Assembly (NCBI GenBank): GCA_002633005.1
Contig: NMRA01000741.1
Coordinates: forward strand, 106,958 to 170,820
DNA: 63,863 bases
From: Phoronis australis
Taxonomy: Eukaryota > Animalia > Phoronida
Direction: 5' to 3'
The position numbers were made by a program, and so were the translations under genes. The notes under the pieces were generated by a model. That model did no database searches and was not told where the DNA came from. It worked only from the letters and a program-made list of their open reading frames with translations. This document shows positions 1 to 12,284 of this stretch, piece after piece (position 1 is the first letter of the stretch; every line of letters starts with the position of its first letter).

Positions 1-156
1 CACTACTTAAACACATGCACTACTTAAACACATGCACTACTTAAACACATGCACTACTTAAACACATGCACTACTTAAACACATGCACTATTTAAACACA
101 TGTACTACTTAAACACATCCACTACTTAAACACATGCACTACTTAAACACATCCAC
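1..156. repeat. 17-bp minisatellite (CACTACTTAAACACATG)n, ~9 copies, continues off the window edge
   Basis: The unit repeats directly at 1, 18, 35, 52 and onward with few substitutions. Confidence 0.95.
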
Positions 157-226
157 ATTAAAAGGGTAAAAATGGATGAGTTCACGTAAAAAGGGGTAAA
201 AAGTGGACTAATACAAAATACAGCAG

Positions 227-380
227 AATATGCGAGTAAGACTGAGGAGACGGCGTGGCTTAGTGGTTTGAGCTCTGTACTCCTGTTTGGGAGATCTGGA
301 TTCAGATCCTGGCTTCACTAGCTGACAACGGAGCATTACACAATTGTGTCTCCTCTAAGCTCGGTCTTACTAGTGAATAT
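227..380 (+). mobile_element. Degenerate tRNA-derived (SINE-like) sequence enclosed by inverted repeats
   Basis: A-box TGGCTTAGTGG at 256-266 and a degenerate B-box GGATTCAGATCC at ~298-309. The flanks CGAGTAAGACTGAGGAGAC and GTCTCCTC...CTCGGTCTTACTAG are imperfect reverse complements. Confidence 0.5.
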
Positions 381-583
381 ATGCAAGGGAGTGAATGAGA
401 ACCCGAATATAATGCGACAGCGATTTCTGGGGCTGTGCTCATATATATGCAAGTAAGACTCATAAAATTTCAAAGTCGAAACTACTCCCTTATACAATAG
501 ATAGTACAGCCATCAAACTTAATTTTTGGCATTCATTAGACACACAAACAATGAAAACCATGTGATTGCCCTGTTTATCTTAC

Positions 584-3500
584 CTGGTCCTCTAAGTCCC
601 TGATTTCCCTCATAATGACACCAGTCTCTTCCACAGTCCTGATCAGCAGGTTACAGTTCTCATGAAGTGCTGCCAAGTACTTGTATGCCTTGCGAACAGA
701 TTCGTCTTTCTTGGCATCCTAACAAAAACCAGATTGGCTTGACATGAAGGCAATTTAAGTATTACCATTCACTTGAAATTTGAAATATTGGCTTGTGCAT
801 AAAATAGGGAGTTTGTGTACAGCTTTCTCCCATAATTTGACATCTCTGCGTGGCTGTCTCCTTACAGAGGTGGCCATTGTGTTAGTGTACACCAGTAAGG
901 CCACAGGTTTACCAGTGAAACACTAGCAAAATCTTGCAGAACATCAGTGTGATCTTGACAAACTGACAAGGTACTAGTCTTGGACAACTTAAGACCCTCT
1001 CGCACTAAACTCGTTCTCAGAATATCCGAGTCCATCTTAAAATCATGATGCAAGAGACTGAGGATGGGCAGAGAAGGGGACATTAGGGCAAAAACATGTA
1101 CTGAATGTGACACCGTCCACAAAGACCTCAGTCAGAGTGTAACAAGTGTTTCCAAATATTAATGGGTTCCAACTCAGTATTAGTCTGTTGTGTCAAAATT
1201 CTAGAGAACATGGCAACAACAATCTTGGTGTGATAGGGCCTTTAGCATAAGTAATAAGTCTTGAAGCAGGCGATGGAGTACCGATAAGCCTGTCGAGGTT
1301 GTAACAACCTCTAAGCCCCCTACGCCCAAAGGAGCAGGCTAACCGCGGTGGGTCAGTTCCCTAATGGCAAGGGGCTGCCAGGCTTAAGGCGGGCGGCAAC
1401 TGACCAATAAGGGTTAAAGAACCCCTCCCACCGTCATGCGTGGCCCCTGACGCCCACCCGACGCCGATGAGGGGATTAATGCACCAGCATATCCCCAATG
1501 ATCCTGTCCGTGACAGGTATTACAGGTATTACAGGGCCTTTAGCTATCCATGTCTTGATAACTCTAAAATAAAGTCATACACACTTTGTCAGTTAACCAC
1601 AGCTTCCCAGTCTTGCTATAGCTGATGCTATATATCTTCAGGACTTTACCTTGAATATCAGTTCATCAGTTACTGTAAATGTGCGATCCAGTTTCCCTGT
1701 GAGCTGGTTTATTTCCTTCTGAACGGCCCGTGTGTCGATTAAAATCTGTTGAAAACAAATCAGTAGCATCACACTCTTCACTGTGCTATCTAGGTGCGCA
1801 ATGCTGATAGACACATTTTGAGCAAGGAAATATATTAGGTCTACTCTTGGTCAAACAACCAAAAGTTACAATTGTAAAAACCCCAGTGGAAGAGTACCTT
1901 ACTGATAACATCTTGGCTGAAGGTAAATTTTGTTGGCCAATATACCCCCACAAACAGGTACCTCAACTCTCCAGGGTACATCCCGAGTAAAACTAGGTCA
2001 ATTTACTCTAGGACATTAGGCTCAACACAATTTACATATTATTAACAGGAATAAAAAGTAATAGGCTATCCAGAGGCTTAATAAGATTAAGCCTCTGGAA
2101 ATGGACTTAAAAATTTCTTTCCCATATGATAGCATCGGATTCAGCATACAGTTGGAACAGAAAAAAGGCTGGTCACCCCAACAGCTTTTCTGATGCGTTT
2201 TTGTTTCCAAAAACTTTTCAATGCTCCTTGTGGCAACGGAAATAAAGTGCTAACTGTTGTGTGTTACATTTAGTAATAGCTATATTACGATTTGCCAACA
2301 TAAGGATATGAAACTATCCTTGTAAGGAAAATCTCATAACTGACTTTGTCGGTATAGGTGGCCTAACTGCTTCCCTAAAATATCTTACAGTACATGCATT
2401 TCAATAAATTATTTCATCCAAGCAGTCAGTGTGAAAAATAAGTGGGGTTCCTTTACTGCCAGCTGAAACAAAATTCGTGACTATTTCCGACCACATTGGA
2501 CCCTTCCTCAGAGATCACTGATTATCAACCATCTCAAGCATCTAGCAGAGTGGTCGAAAACATTTACTTGTTAATAAGTTACCTGTGTCTTGACTGTGAT
2601 AAAATACACCATTGTTCTGTTTGAGTGAAATATTTAACTCGTAAATTAGCTGTCAGAACACAACAGTGTTAGCTGCTCACAATATCCGACAAAAATAATC
2701 AGACAAAATATGGTTTCTCATCACAATGGCTAACTCTGTTACCAACAAAAACAATTAGTGATAACTATTATGACGGCAAAATTTTATTTATTGAATGACT
2801 TTATCGCCACTTTCTTAACTTTACGCCTACATTCTGTCACGAGGGAAGGCTATTCTGATGAAGAGCTCAGCTTCTGTTCAGCTGTTTTGATGGGGAATCC
2901 CGACTCATTTTGTCTTAATACTTAAGAAATGTACTGCACCTTTCCAATGTCTTCTTTCTGTTTCTTAATATTGCCGACTATTTCCAGAATTCTGCGCGTA
3001 TATGCTGAGCGGTTGACGTCTCGGGTCATACGATCGTATTCCGACACCTAGATGGTACAGAAGATCATTATCCTCATTTTCAATAATAAAGCTGGATTAT
3101 AGCAACTTCTGTTCGAATGATGTTCATGGCACTCAACAAATATGAAAGTGCATGGTAATTTATTAATGACAAAAGTGCTGCAATAGTTTGCTTCAAAGAT
3201 TCTACCAGACTTTTCTCAATATTTTGTTGACATTCATTAACTCAGATTAACATCAAAACTTTTTGCCTGCTCACATCATTGTCACCTCCACATGGAAATA
3301 CGAGCCGTATCACGGACAAAGGATTAAGACAAATCCAAAATCCATCATACAAAATAAGGATACTGAATAAACACGGTCTTGTTAAAATGTTCACTGTGGT
3401 CCAGGAGTGATTAACATAAAAATGAGACACCTAAACACACAGACAGACAGACACACAGACAGACACTGGATTGGAGAATCTGATGTCATCACACAAGTTA

Positions 3501-6500
3501 AAGAATGTCTATTTATAGAACTCAATGTTTTCATTTCGGATATAAAACTGCCAAAGCTTGTTTTTAATGCTAAATGTTGTGAGCAAGACTTCAAATGATG
3601 TAACAGTCATTAACATCTTTCAGTATGCAAAATTAAAGTCTGAGTTCTTTTAACATGTTTTCTGCAAGTGGAGGTAGCCTTTGACTCTCACCAACTGTTT
3701 ATGAAGACTGTCTTTGGTCCGCGTCTCCTCAGCAACAGTCTTCATCTTCTCCCTCAGGATTTTGATCTCCTCAACCTTCTTTTGAGCTAACGACTGAAGT
3801 GACAGAAAATGAACACAAAATGAATTTTAGTAGTGTTGGTCACTAGCGACACCTACTTGCCAATAGGTTCATCACTGGATGGAGGGTATTCAGTAAGTGC
3901 TTTCTCAAGACAGATTCTGCTTGGCAACACAGTTAAGACTACATGCCATTTATCATAATGATAACTTGAACTTGACACACTGTTGACTAAAAGTCTATAT
4001 CTTAAATGGCTCAGTTTTGTTTCAAGCCTCCTCCATAGAATTGAGATGCCAAAATGTAATGCAATAAAGTAACCTGAAGATGTTTCATGATATTCCATTC
4101 CATACCTCCCTATTTTCAAGTAACTCCTTCAGCTCTCTATATTGCGCTATGAGAGGAGCACGGTGTTTCTCCCATTGGCTGGCTAAGTTGACAAGTTTCT
4201 GAGCACTGGCATCAACGACAGACTGCAAGAGAACAAGATCTGAATGAAAGGCTGTCACCGCATACTAGACTGTCTCAAAAGATGAGCCTAACTTGAAAGC
4301 AGTGTATTTACTATTATACAAACAAAAATTATTCAAACACTATGACCCAGAATTCCCTGTCATGGTGCGTGAAGCCAAATTCATGGGGGGAGTAGTCTCC
4401 CCTGATGACTGAGAATGAAGGAGAATTACCATGAAAGTTAGTAACAAGCAGGGCTTGGAATGACCACTGACAAAAAAGAGGAAAATTTTCAAGGTGATAT
4501 AAGTAGGCTTGTGTGATAGAAATATTTTTTGTGTTGTAAAATTCAAGTAAAATAAACATTTTTGCACGAATAAAGTCAAAACAATGATAAAAAGAGGCAC
4601 AAAAAGAGGAAACTAGAAATCAAATAAGAGGAAATGGAAAATAAAAAAGATTAAGTCCTCTTAAAAGAGGAAGATTCCAAGGCCTGAAGATGGCTAAGCC
4701 ACTCTGTAATTGCTGCCATTGTTGCTGCTAATAGAATTAGCTGCCACAACAGGGAAACAGTATTTGATCTGAATACTTTTGCCAACTGTACAAATAACAA
4801 ATAATACTTACACGCCAAATCAACAGGTTAATGAGGTATCAAGTTTTAGTAGCCCGTTATATATAAGTGATCGATGTGCACTTTTGGTAGCAGAAATATA
4901 GCAATTTCAAAATGGGTCTGTCTTCTTAAAACAGCTTATATCTGTGGTTTTCAAACAATGATACAATCACATCTGGTAAAAAATGCAAAAATTTTAGAAC
5001 TAAAAATTTTATTAATTTTCATATGATTTAGTGTTATTTTTCACCTCATGTCTTCCTGGGTTTTCACTATAACTTCTAATCAACAAAGTTAGTTGAATTT
5101 CGACAAAAAATTGTGAACATTTTGAAAAACTACATAACTGTACATACTGATACAGTAAGGATGTGACTTTGGATCACAAAAACCATTTACCTGTAGTTTG
5201 GCAATGTTATTTTCCGCATCCGGTAATAAATCCATCGTTCTTTTCTTCACTTTGTAAGTGTCCTCTTTCTCTTTGTTCTTCTGTTGTTGTGTGTCTATGT
5301 TCTCCTCCATCTTAAAACAAAGAAAAACAATTAATCTCAAAGCAAATGCAATTCAAGAAAACCTGAAAATAATCTCAAACCTCACTCAGAATTCAGGTTT
5401 GTTTAAGAAAACTATGTGCCCAAGGTTGTCACAGGGAGTAAATGAGGATTAATCAAGTAAAATTTGGAGATCATCAAGAAATGAAGAAATATATAATGTT
5501 CAAAGTATTACTGAATGATTGATAAACAATAATTTAAGAATAAGTAAGAATTTAGTCTTAATACACATCATATGTTGGTCGCACCACGTAACCTTGAAAA
5601 AACCTCTATCCTGACTGGGGCTCAAATCCCGCACTTCTCACATACTGTGCAGAAGCTCTAGTCCACTGAGCCATCGGGACCCCCGGCCAATATACAGAAA
5701 TCCAGTCAGACCATAATGCGTTGATTTCTAACACCCCAATTAGATGATAATTTAAGGATATCTTGCTACCCGAACATGGCAGCTGGGGGAAAACTTTGTT
5801 TCTGGTTGTTAGAACTGGATGGCATCAAGAAGTATTTCATTGTTTTGCGTCTATGGGGTTATGTGAACAATACAACTCCACCATTGTCTCAAAAAGTATG
5901 TTCAAATTTTAAACTCTGATAAACTGAATTGATAGACTTTCTTTCTTTGGTTCCATTAAACACTTGGAAATATTCAAAAGCTGATAACGATGTTGAGTTC
6001 ATGGAGACATCATAATTATACATCATTTGTTCCATAGCAATTCTACTCCAATATAAACCTATTTGCTCTCACAATAGTTTAACAATGGTCTAGATTGAAA
6101 AACAGTACTGATTCAAAATGCATACTTTCTTAAATTAAATACAAGTTACCAGATTCTCTGCTTAGAATTTCTATTCAATTTGTACATATGCATATTTGAA
6201 GGAAAACTTTACAAGAGACGATTAAATCTTCAAGAGTATCAAAACAGGCTCAAGTTTCCTCTTTATTCTTCTAAAGCATATAATGATATTATTAAGCAAA
6301 AGGTCTATATTACTATCTAGTCTTGTTGTTATGCTATTATTAACAAGTAGTTGATCATTACTCTTCCAGAAAAATGCTACTTAAAGTCAACGCCATTTAT
6401 TATTGACAAAATCAGCACCCCACCTGTTGAGTATTAGCGGTAAACTTTTTGATGTCCATGTCAATATTCTCAAGTTGTGCTGTGATGGTGGACAGTTCTT

Positions 6501-9500
6501 CCTGCAAGCTCTGCACTTCATCTTCCCGTTTCTTTTGGAGTTCCTGCAGGTTTAAACCAGTGGTTAGCCTAAGCTGTTACGGCCACATCATGGCAATAGA
6601 CACTTACGTAAACACAGATAGTGAGAACCAGTTATCCCCACTAATAAAGAGCATCAAACTGGTTCTCAAAATCCGGGATCCCTGAAAGTGACTAGAGTAC
6701 ACAGTGCATTCCAGTCCTTAAATCACGTGGAGCTCACATGCTAAGACAACTGAGTTAAGAAAACATAAGCCACAGAATTATAATAGCTTTGAAACTATTG
6801 GCAATACTTAGGAGGTGAACAATGAATTTGTTCAAATAGTGACTAAATAGTTGCGTGACGTTAAAACATAATTACTCAGACTGAAGGCCAGTTTGAAGCA
6901 GGGGTTTAGTACTGACAAGTGGAACTCCCTGTAACTCTATCATGACATTACCTGTGTATTTGTGTAGCATATTCCTTCATTCAGACAAAATGTACCATTG
7001 CATACTCAATGAAACAAGGAACTAATACTCAAATACAGTCAGTCAAAACTTCCTAGGCTTTCCATCCAAAAGTAAACAGTCAACAAATGTAACATTTTTG
7101 ACATTATCTACTTTTGAAAACCGTTTTCTCATAAGGCATTTCACGAAAAAATGATTCAATGAGACCTATTGCTAGTTTGACGCCAATGCAGAGGCAAGCA
7201 AAGAGCAACTTGAAGCACGATGCAGAAAGTTTGTCAAGTAAACATACACGTGTAAGACACTTTTAAACTACACTTTGGCACAAAATATCCCTCCATAAAG
7301 GAATAACTCTCCTCAACTATGAATGAAAGTACTCTACCCCACCTATTACATTGAAACATAGCTTACCTCCTCTGTATCTACTTTCACAGGTTCACCAACA
7401 CCCATCTGTGACGCAATCTTGCTTTCATTCTGGGTCTGCAAACAAAAAGACGTTGAAACGCCCATACACAATCCACATTGTTTTAACATTAAAATGAACA
7501 TTTCTAGAAACATGTTCATATCATGACTACAAGCCTACGAAAGTGCAAAAATAGTCTCTTCTGAAACTTGCCCTAAAGATGTCATTTATAAATTCAACAG
7601 AACTTCAACATTTTGCCAGAACGGGAATTTTCATATTCAGTATTTCTTACAAAGGATTCAAAAGTAGCAAGCATGTCAAATCAATTAAAGATTTCAAAAA
7701 TCTAAATTTTAATTCTCTCAAGAAGAGAACTTCTTTCACAAAAAACTTATTCAAAGAAATGCGAACTTAAGAAGTAGATGAAAAGCCGATAACAAAACAA
7801 AGAATCACAAGTTAAGAAACCCCATCACCGACACGGCTGAAGGGAGACGTGCATACCTCTGAAAACTGCAACTTCTCCGTGTGAGTGAACCTGGACCCCT
7901 TAGTCTTGGTTGAGCTTCCAGCCTTGTCGCTGATGGAGTTGATCAGCTGAATGAGGTCCTGCCCTGCCGTCGTATTGTTGGAAGCCTCGGCCTTCTGCAC
8001 ACTCTGTCGTAACTGAGCCACCAACTTCTTGTGCAGTTTCTCTTTCTTCTTCGCTCTATACTCCTGCACAACAAATAGATGAGTATCGCATGAGCGTTTT
8101 TTCTTAAAGCGGCAGTGAACCCGTGTACCATTAAAGAAACCGAATTTTGATTTAGATCACTTGCTGCTACACAATTTGATTTCGACTTTTTCCTTACTCA
8201 AATGAGAAGGGGATTTTAGATCTTGCAAAGAATTAGTTTCTTATTACAAAAGACCGAATAAAGTTAGACGCCATGACAAGTCAAAGTATAAAGTCTGGTC
8301 CATTTTAACAGAGAGACAATTTGAGAACAATTTCATCAGGGTATGACTTGTGATCTAAATCAAAAAAGGACACAAGGCAGCTTTTATAGGCAGGGTTGGC
8401 CAACCCATCCAAAATTGGGATACTTCATATCAATTGCAGGTGATCTCTCAATTTTATTTGATGGTTGAAACCAATTGTTAATACGAGAAGAAAACTTTTG
8501 AGGCCAGAGCCCAGGGCTTAATCTCTGTACTCGAAACTCGACAAGAAAAACAAAGCTTTTCACAGTATTTCCATTGCGTCACCATTAATGACATCAGCAC
8601 CTTCTCAGACAATCTGGACGCCAGTCCATCTCTGTTCCACTCGTTCTCCCACTCCTGAGCTGCGGACACTTCTCGAGCATTCACTTCCAAAATGGATGGT
8701 GACACCTCCTCGTGTCTGGTTGGCTGTTTTGTGATTAGAGGCATGTCTTTGTGATAGTATACTTTTAAACCTTAAAACGAAACAATAAATGGGTGAGGTG
8801 ACTTTTTTCTTTGAAGATATGGACAACTCAACAAAAAGATGGTAACACAGCATTAGATCAGAACCAATTATCACTTTTTTGCCACAAAAACAGTTCTGAA
8901 CAGTGGCTTGCCTCTTAATACAATATGCCTTTAAAACGTGCAAAGCAATTACACTAAATACAGATAAACTAAAGAAATCTTGCTGACTCACTCTTTGGTA
9001 TTTTCTTTGTCAAGTCGCCTAAACCCTGAGGGCTGGTTACTGGGTACGTTCGTAGAAGGTGGGTGAACTTTTGACCCTGAATACAAAATAAATACATGAT
9101 GTTCATCTCATTACAAAGGAAAATACCTAAAGCCCGCTGCATTATCATTGAAAGAATTTTTGCTATAATCTGTACTAAGGATTGAACTAAAAAGCTGACC
9201 ATCTTCTGATCAACCATGCTTGAAGTAAACTTTCAAATTTCATGCTGACTTGATCGGTAAATACTGGTCTCACTAATGTATCTAGCAATTTTGAAAGTTC
9301 TGTACCACCAAATGAAAAGACATCAGCATAGAAAACTTGTAAAGGAATGCCCGTTACAGACTTTAAAATGGTCTCCTGGGTTGTGTTATTGGAGCGTGTT
9401 ACTCACTTTTAAGTGATTTAAAGATCTGATCCAAAGTAATACGGCAAAATCTCACCAATATATAGGACACAATATGACAGACAAGGGAAATTTTTATTTT

Positions 9501-11935
9501 TTCATTTTTGCACAAAAGATGCGTAGCACTTAAAGAATGCTGAGTCATATTCAAATTCTGTACCAATGGCTGCCGTAAGACAATGTTTTGAAAAATATTG
9601 AACATTCACAATGTTAGAACTTGTTTAAAAATGTCAGTTATGTCAATGACTTTCATCTGGTAGTGGTGAAAGTTCTCTCCCATCAAAGAGAAGAACCTTT
9701 CCAAGGAATCCCCCTTACAGACTTAGAGATGGTCACCAGGGGGATCTAGTTATACGAATGTTCACCAGGGGGTTCTAGTTCTAGGAATGTTCACCAGGGG
9801 GTTCTAGTTATAAGAATGCATTACCCACTTAAATTTGACCCAAAACAATAGGTGTGTTAGTTACCTCTCTGGTCCAGGAAGCAGGCTTCCCTCTCCACAC
9901 AATGCTGTTTGATTTACAGTAAGGTGGAGTCCATGGACTAGATAGACGGCGAGACAAGTCTGAGGAAATAGCACGTTGGAGGAGCACAGAAGAACCTGAA
10001 AATGTTCACAAAATGACAAGATAGCAACACATATCCCACCAAGAATAATAGAACTCATCAAATTTATCAACTGGCCCTCACATCAGGAAGATGCTATAAT
10101 TTTTAGCCTTGACTTTGAGAGTAAATCAAAACCTCAAATAACAACAGAAAAATTCCATTGTGTTGATCTTAATTAATTTTCTATTAATAACGTAGCTAAA
10201 ATTGAATCCATTTCATTGTTGACGGATCCACAATTTTGAGCATAGGAAGGTTTGCACATCCACGTCACAACCCAATAACGGCTGAACGCATTTTTGACAA
10301 CTGAAGGAAAGTTGTCTGCCACAAGTTTAGACAAAAGGTTAAGTTTACCCAGAGTTTCTTCCACTGCTTCTGAACTGTCTTTTGGTAAATTTTCAATGAG
10401 AAACATGAGAACTCTGCGAACTTCAGCCTCGTTGGAGTAAAGAAAAGTCTGGTATCCAATCTCTCCTCGGTATCCAATCGCCTAAAAATTACACAATCAG
10501 AATATTTGAAGCCTCGATGAACAAGTCTTTACTGATTTTCAAAGTCAATAAGACCTTAACGCTGTTATAAACCTATTTTCTGCCAAAGAAACAAATCTTT
10601 GATTTACACCACTTTCCATTTAAAAACTAGTTTGAACTTGTTCTTTATTCAGTTGAGAAGCAGTATCTGGCTGTCAAGAGAACAGACAGTCCGTTCATGC
10701 TCAAGAGCATGTTGACTTCTTAGCCTGGTGTCAAACATTAGCAACCTGTCAGTACTTTTAAAGCCAAGAAAGCACCACTAACTTTAGTACAATCAATTTC
10801 AAATCTGTAAGTGGTCTATGTCTAAAGATTTTTACAGCAGGTGGGCATAGCAGCTCTATCTACTGTTCTACAGACTACAGATAAATTTTTTATCAAATTA
10901 CTAATAGTTACCAAAGCAGCAGTTTGGTTGCAGCTTAAAATTCTTGACTGATGAATTATAGATTTGACTTATAGTTAGACTATTCAAATGCATAGCCTAC
11001 ATACCAACACAGCATTGGCCAAGCTTGTGCCAACTCTGAACTTGGCCGACATCCCCGGAGGCAGGCTGTGCGGAAGATCTGTCTCATGGTTGATCAGCTT
11101 CAGGCAACGTGCTGCAGCATCCACCACCTGATCTACAGTGAACTGCTTCAAAGACTGTACGTCATCTTCTATGTCACTGAAATACCCAATGAAATAACAA
11201 TGAAGCCGTTAAAAACAGTGTAGTTGATGTGCTGTATTGTCATTCAGTCGATTGGGGTTGGTTCAATGACGCCTCAGAAACAGCTGTGGTGCAAACTCAG
11301 GGTTTTCAGGTATTGTAAACTGGATACGCTTTTATAACAGACTATTAGCAGGAAGACAATTTCTTCTTCCTGCCACATACCCATGCTGTTTGGGTTATTG
11401 ACCAGGAAATGAAAAACCATGCCTTGTTATTTTAACACCACCAGCTTAATGTTTACTGGCTTAAAACTGCACGTCATTTGGCGAACAAACAGTTATGGTT
11501 TACCCAAGAATTTCGACAGATCAGAGTGGGCACACTCAGGACGGTCTTATCACAATAACATAGCATTATGTGCTGGACATAGGCAGAGACAAGGTTGTAG
11601 TGATTCACTTCAACAACAGACCCAAACGTAGCTTGATGTGTTTCAAGCGGTGAGTGGAGTTAGCTTTATTTCTGTGACATTCATTGCCCAACAACAGCCC
11701 ATGCCTGGCCATTCATTCGTCTACCTCTTCATCAATCATACAAGTTCAACTTGCCAGTTACTCAGAGTGTGACCGTTCATCCGAAACTAACATTTGGCAC
11801 ATTCTTATTTGTTCATAGCTACATGCAAGCAATGCTTAATACTAGTTCCTCTATGGTTGAGACACAGAAGTATACTGGACCCTACCAGCCAATAGACCGC
11901 AAATTCAGGATAATGATGTTATCCACCTCCTCCAT
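584..11935 (-). CDS. CCDC22: Coiled-coil domain-containing protein 22 (CCC/Commander complex subunit); 3' end lies outside the window
   Basis: Exons (minus strand): 11935-11886, 11176-11005, 10481-10349, 9995-9865, 9076-8992, 8770-8601, 8063-7857, 7435-7367, 6543-6424, 5310-5191, 4222-4106, 3793-3692, 3047-2940, 1745-1650, 718-584. All introns are GT-AG and phase-compatible, giving 605 codons. Recognisable CCDC22 motifs: MEEVDNIIILNLRSIG, LPPGMSAKFR, GYRGEIGYQTFLYSNE, LLPDAENNIAKLQ, QWEKHRAPLI, RSAYTRRILEIVGNIKKQKE, GKLDRTFTVTDELIFKDAKKD, KAYKYLAALHENC. Confidence 0.96.
1247..1532. mobile_element. 286-bp GC-rich non-LTR retroposon-like insertion with a 12-bp target-site duplication, in a CCDC22 intron
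   Basis: AGGGCCTTTAGC is duplicated at 1235-1246 and 1533-1544. There is a short tandem tail (ACAGGTATT)x2.5 at the right end and several perfect internal stems. Confidence 0.8.
5608..5680 (-). pseudogene. tRNA pseudogene or tRNA-derived SINE head
   Basis: The minus strand reads GTCCCGA-TGGCTCAGTGG...GCGGGATTTGAGCCCC-AGTCAGGAT. The A-box is intact, the B-box is mutated and the acceptor stem is imperfect. Confidence 0.6.
9732..9820. repeat. ~29-bp tandem repeat x3 (TCACCAGGGGGTTCTAGTTATAAGAATG-like)
   Basis: Three diverged direct copies are visible. Confidence 0.8.
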
Positions 11936-12284
11936 TTTCCGTGTCACATGACTTCCAGAAAACGTTTTGTCACACCACTACTATTTTATATCGAGTATTT
12001 ATTTATTTGCAAAAAAAAAATATAAAAACAATATAAAACTAATAAATTTTCAATTTTAGTATGAAAATACTTCTCTATGTCCCTTTTGATGCAGTTTTAA
12101 TAGAAATAATTAATGTTAGCCTCATGGAAAACTAGAAAAATGGCGGCCTTTATTGAACTGTTTAAAATGTAAACAGACTTGTCGATAACTTAAAAGCTCG
12201 CAAAATAGCTCTTGATCGTCTTATCCTGCCGGTATTTGTTAAATTTATCTGAAATCTATGTGAAAGATTCACTTCAAGACAAAA
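11936..12284. promoter_or_regulatory. Bidirectional promoter and 5'UTR region shared by CCDC22 and SCLT1
   Basis: Divergent ATGs at 11935 (-) and 12285 (+). E-box GTCACATGAC at 11943-11952, a poly(dA:dT) tract around 11985-12060, and a YY1-type AAAATGGCGGC at 12137-12147. Confidence 0.75.

Noticed and set aside
1-156. CRISPR-like appearance of regular repeats
   Set aside because: The 17-bp units are head-to-tail with no unique spacers, and the context is eukaryotic.
5608-5680. Functional tRNA gene
   Set aside because: The B-box/T-loop and acceptor stem are mutated and there is no clean anticodon arm; treated as a pseudogene or SINE head.
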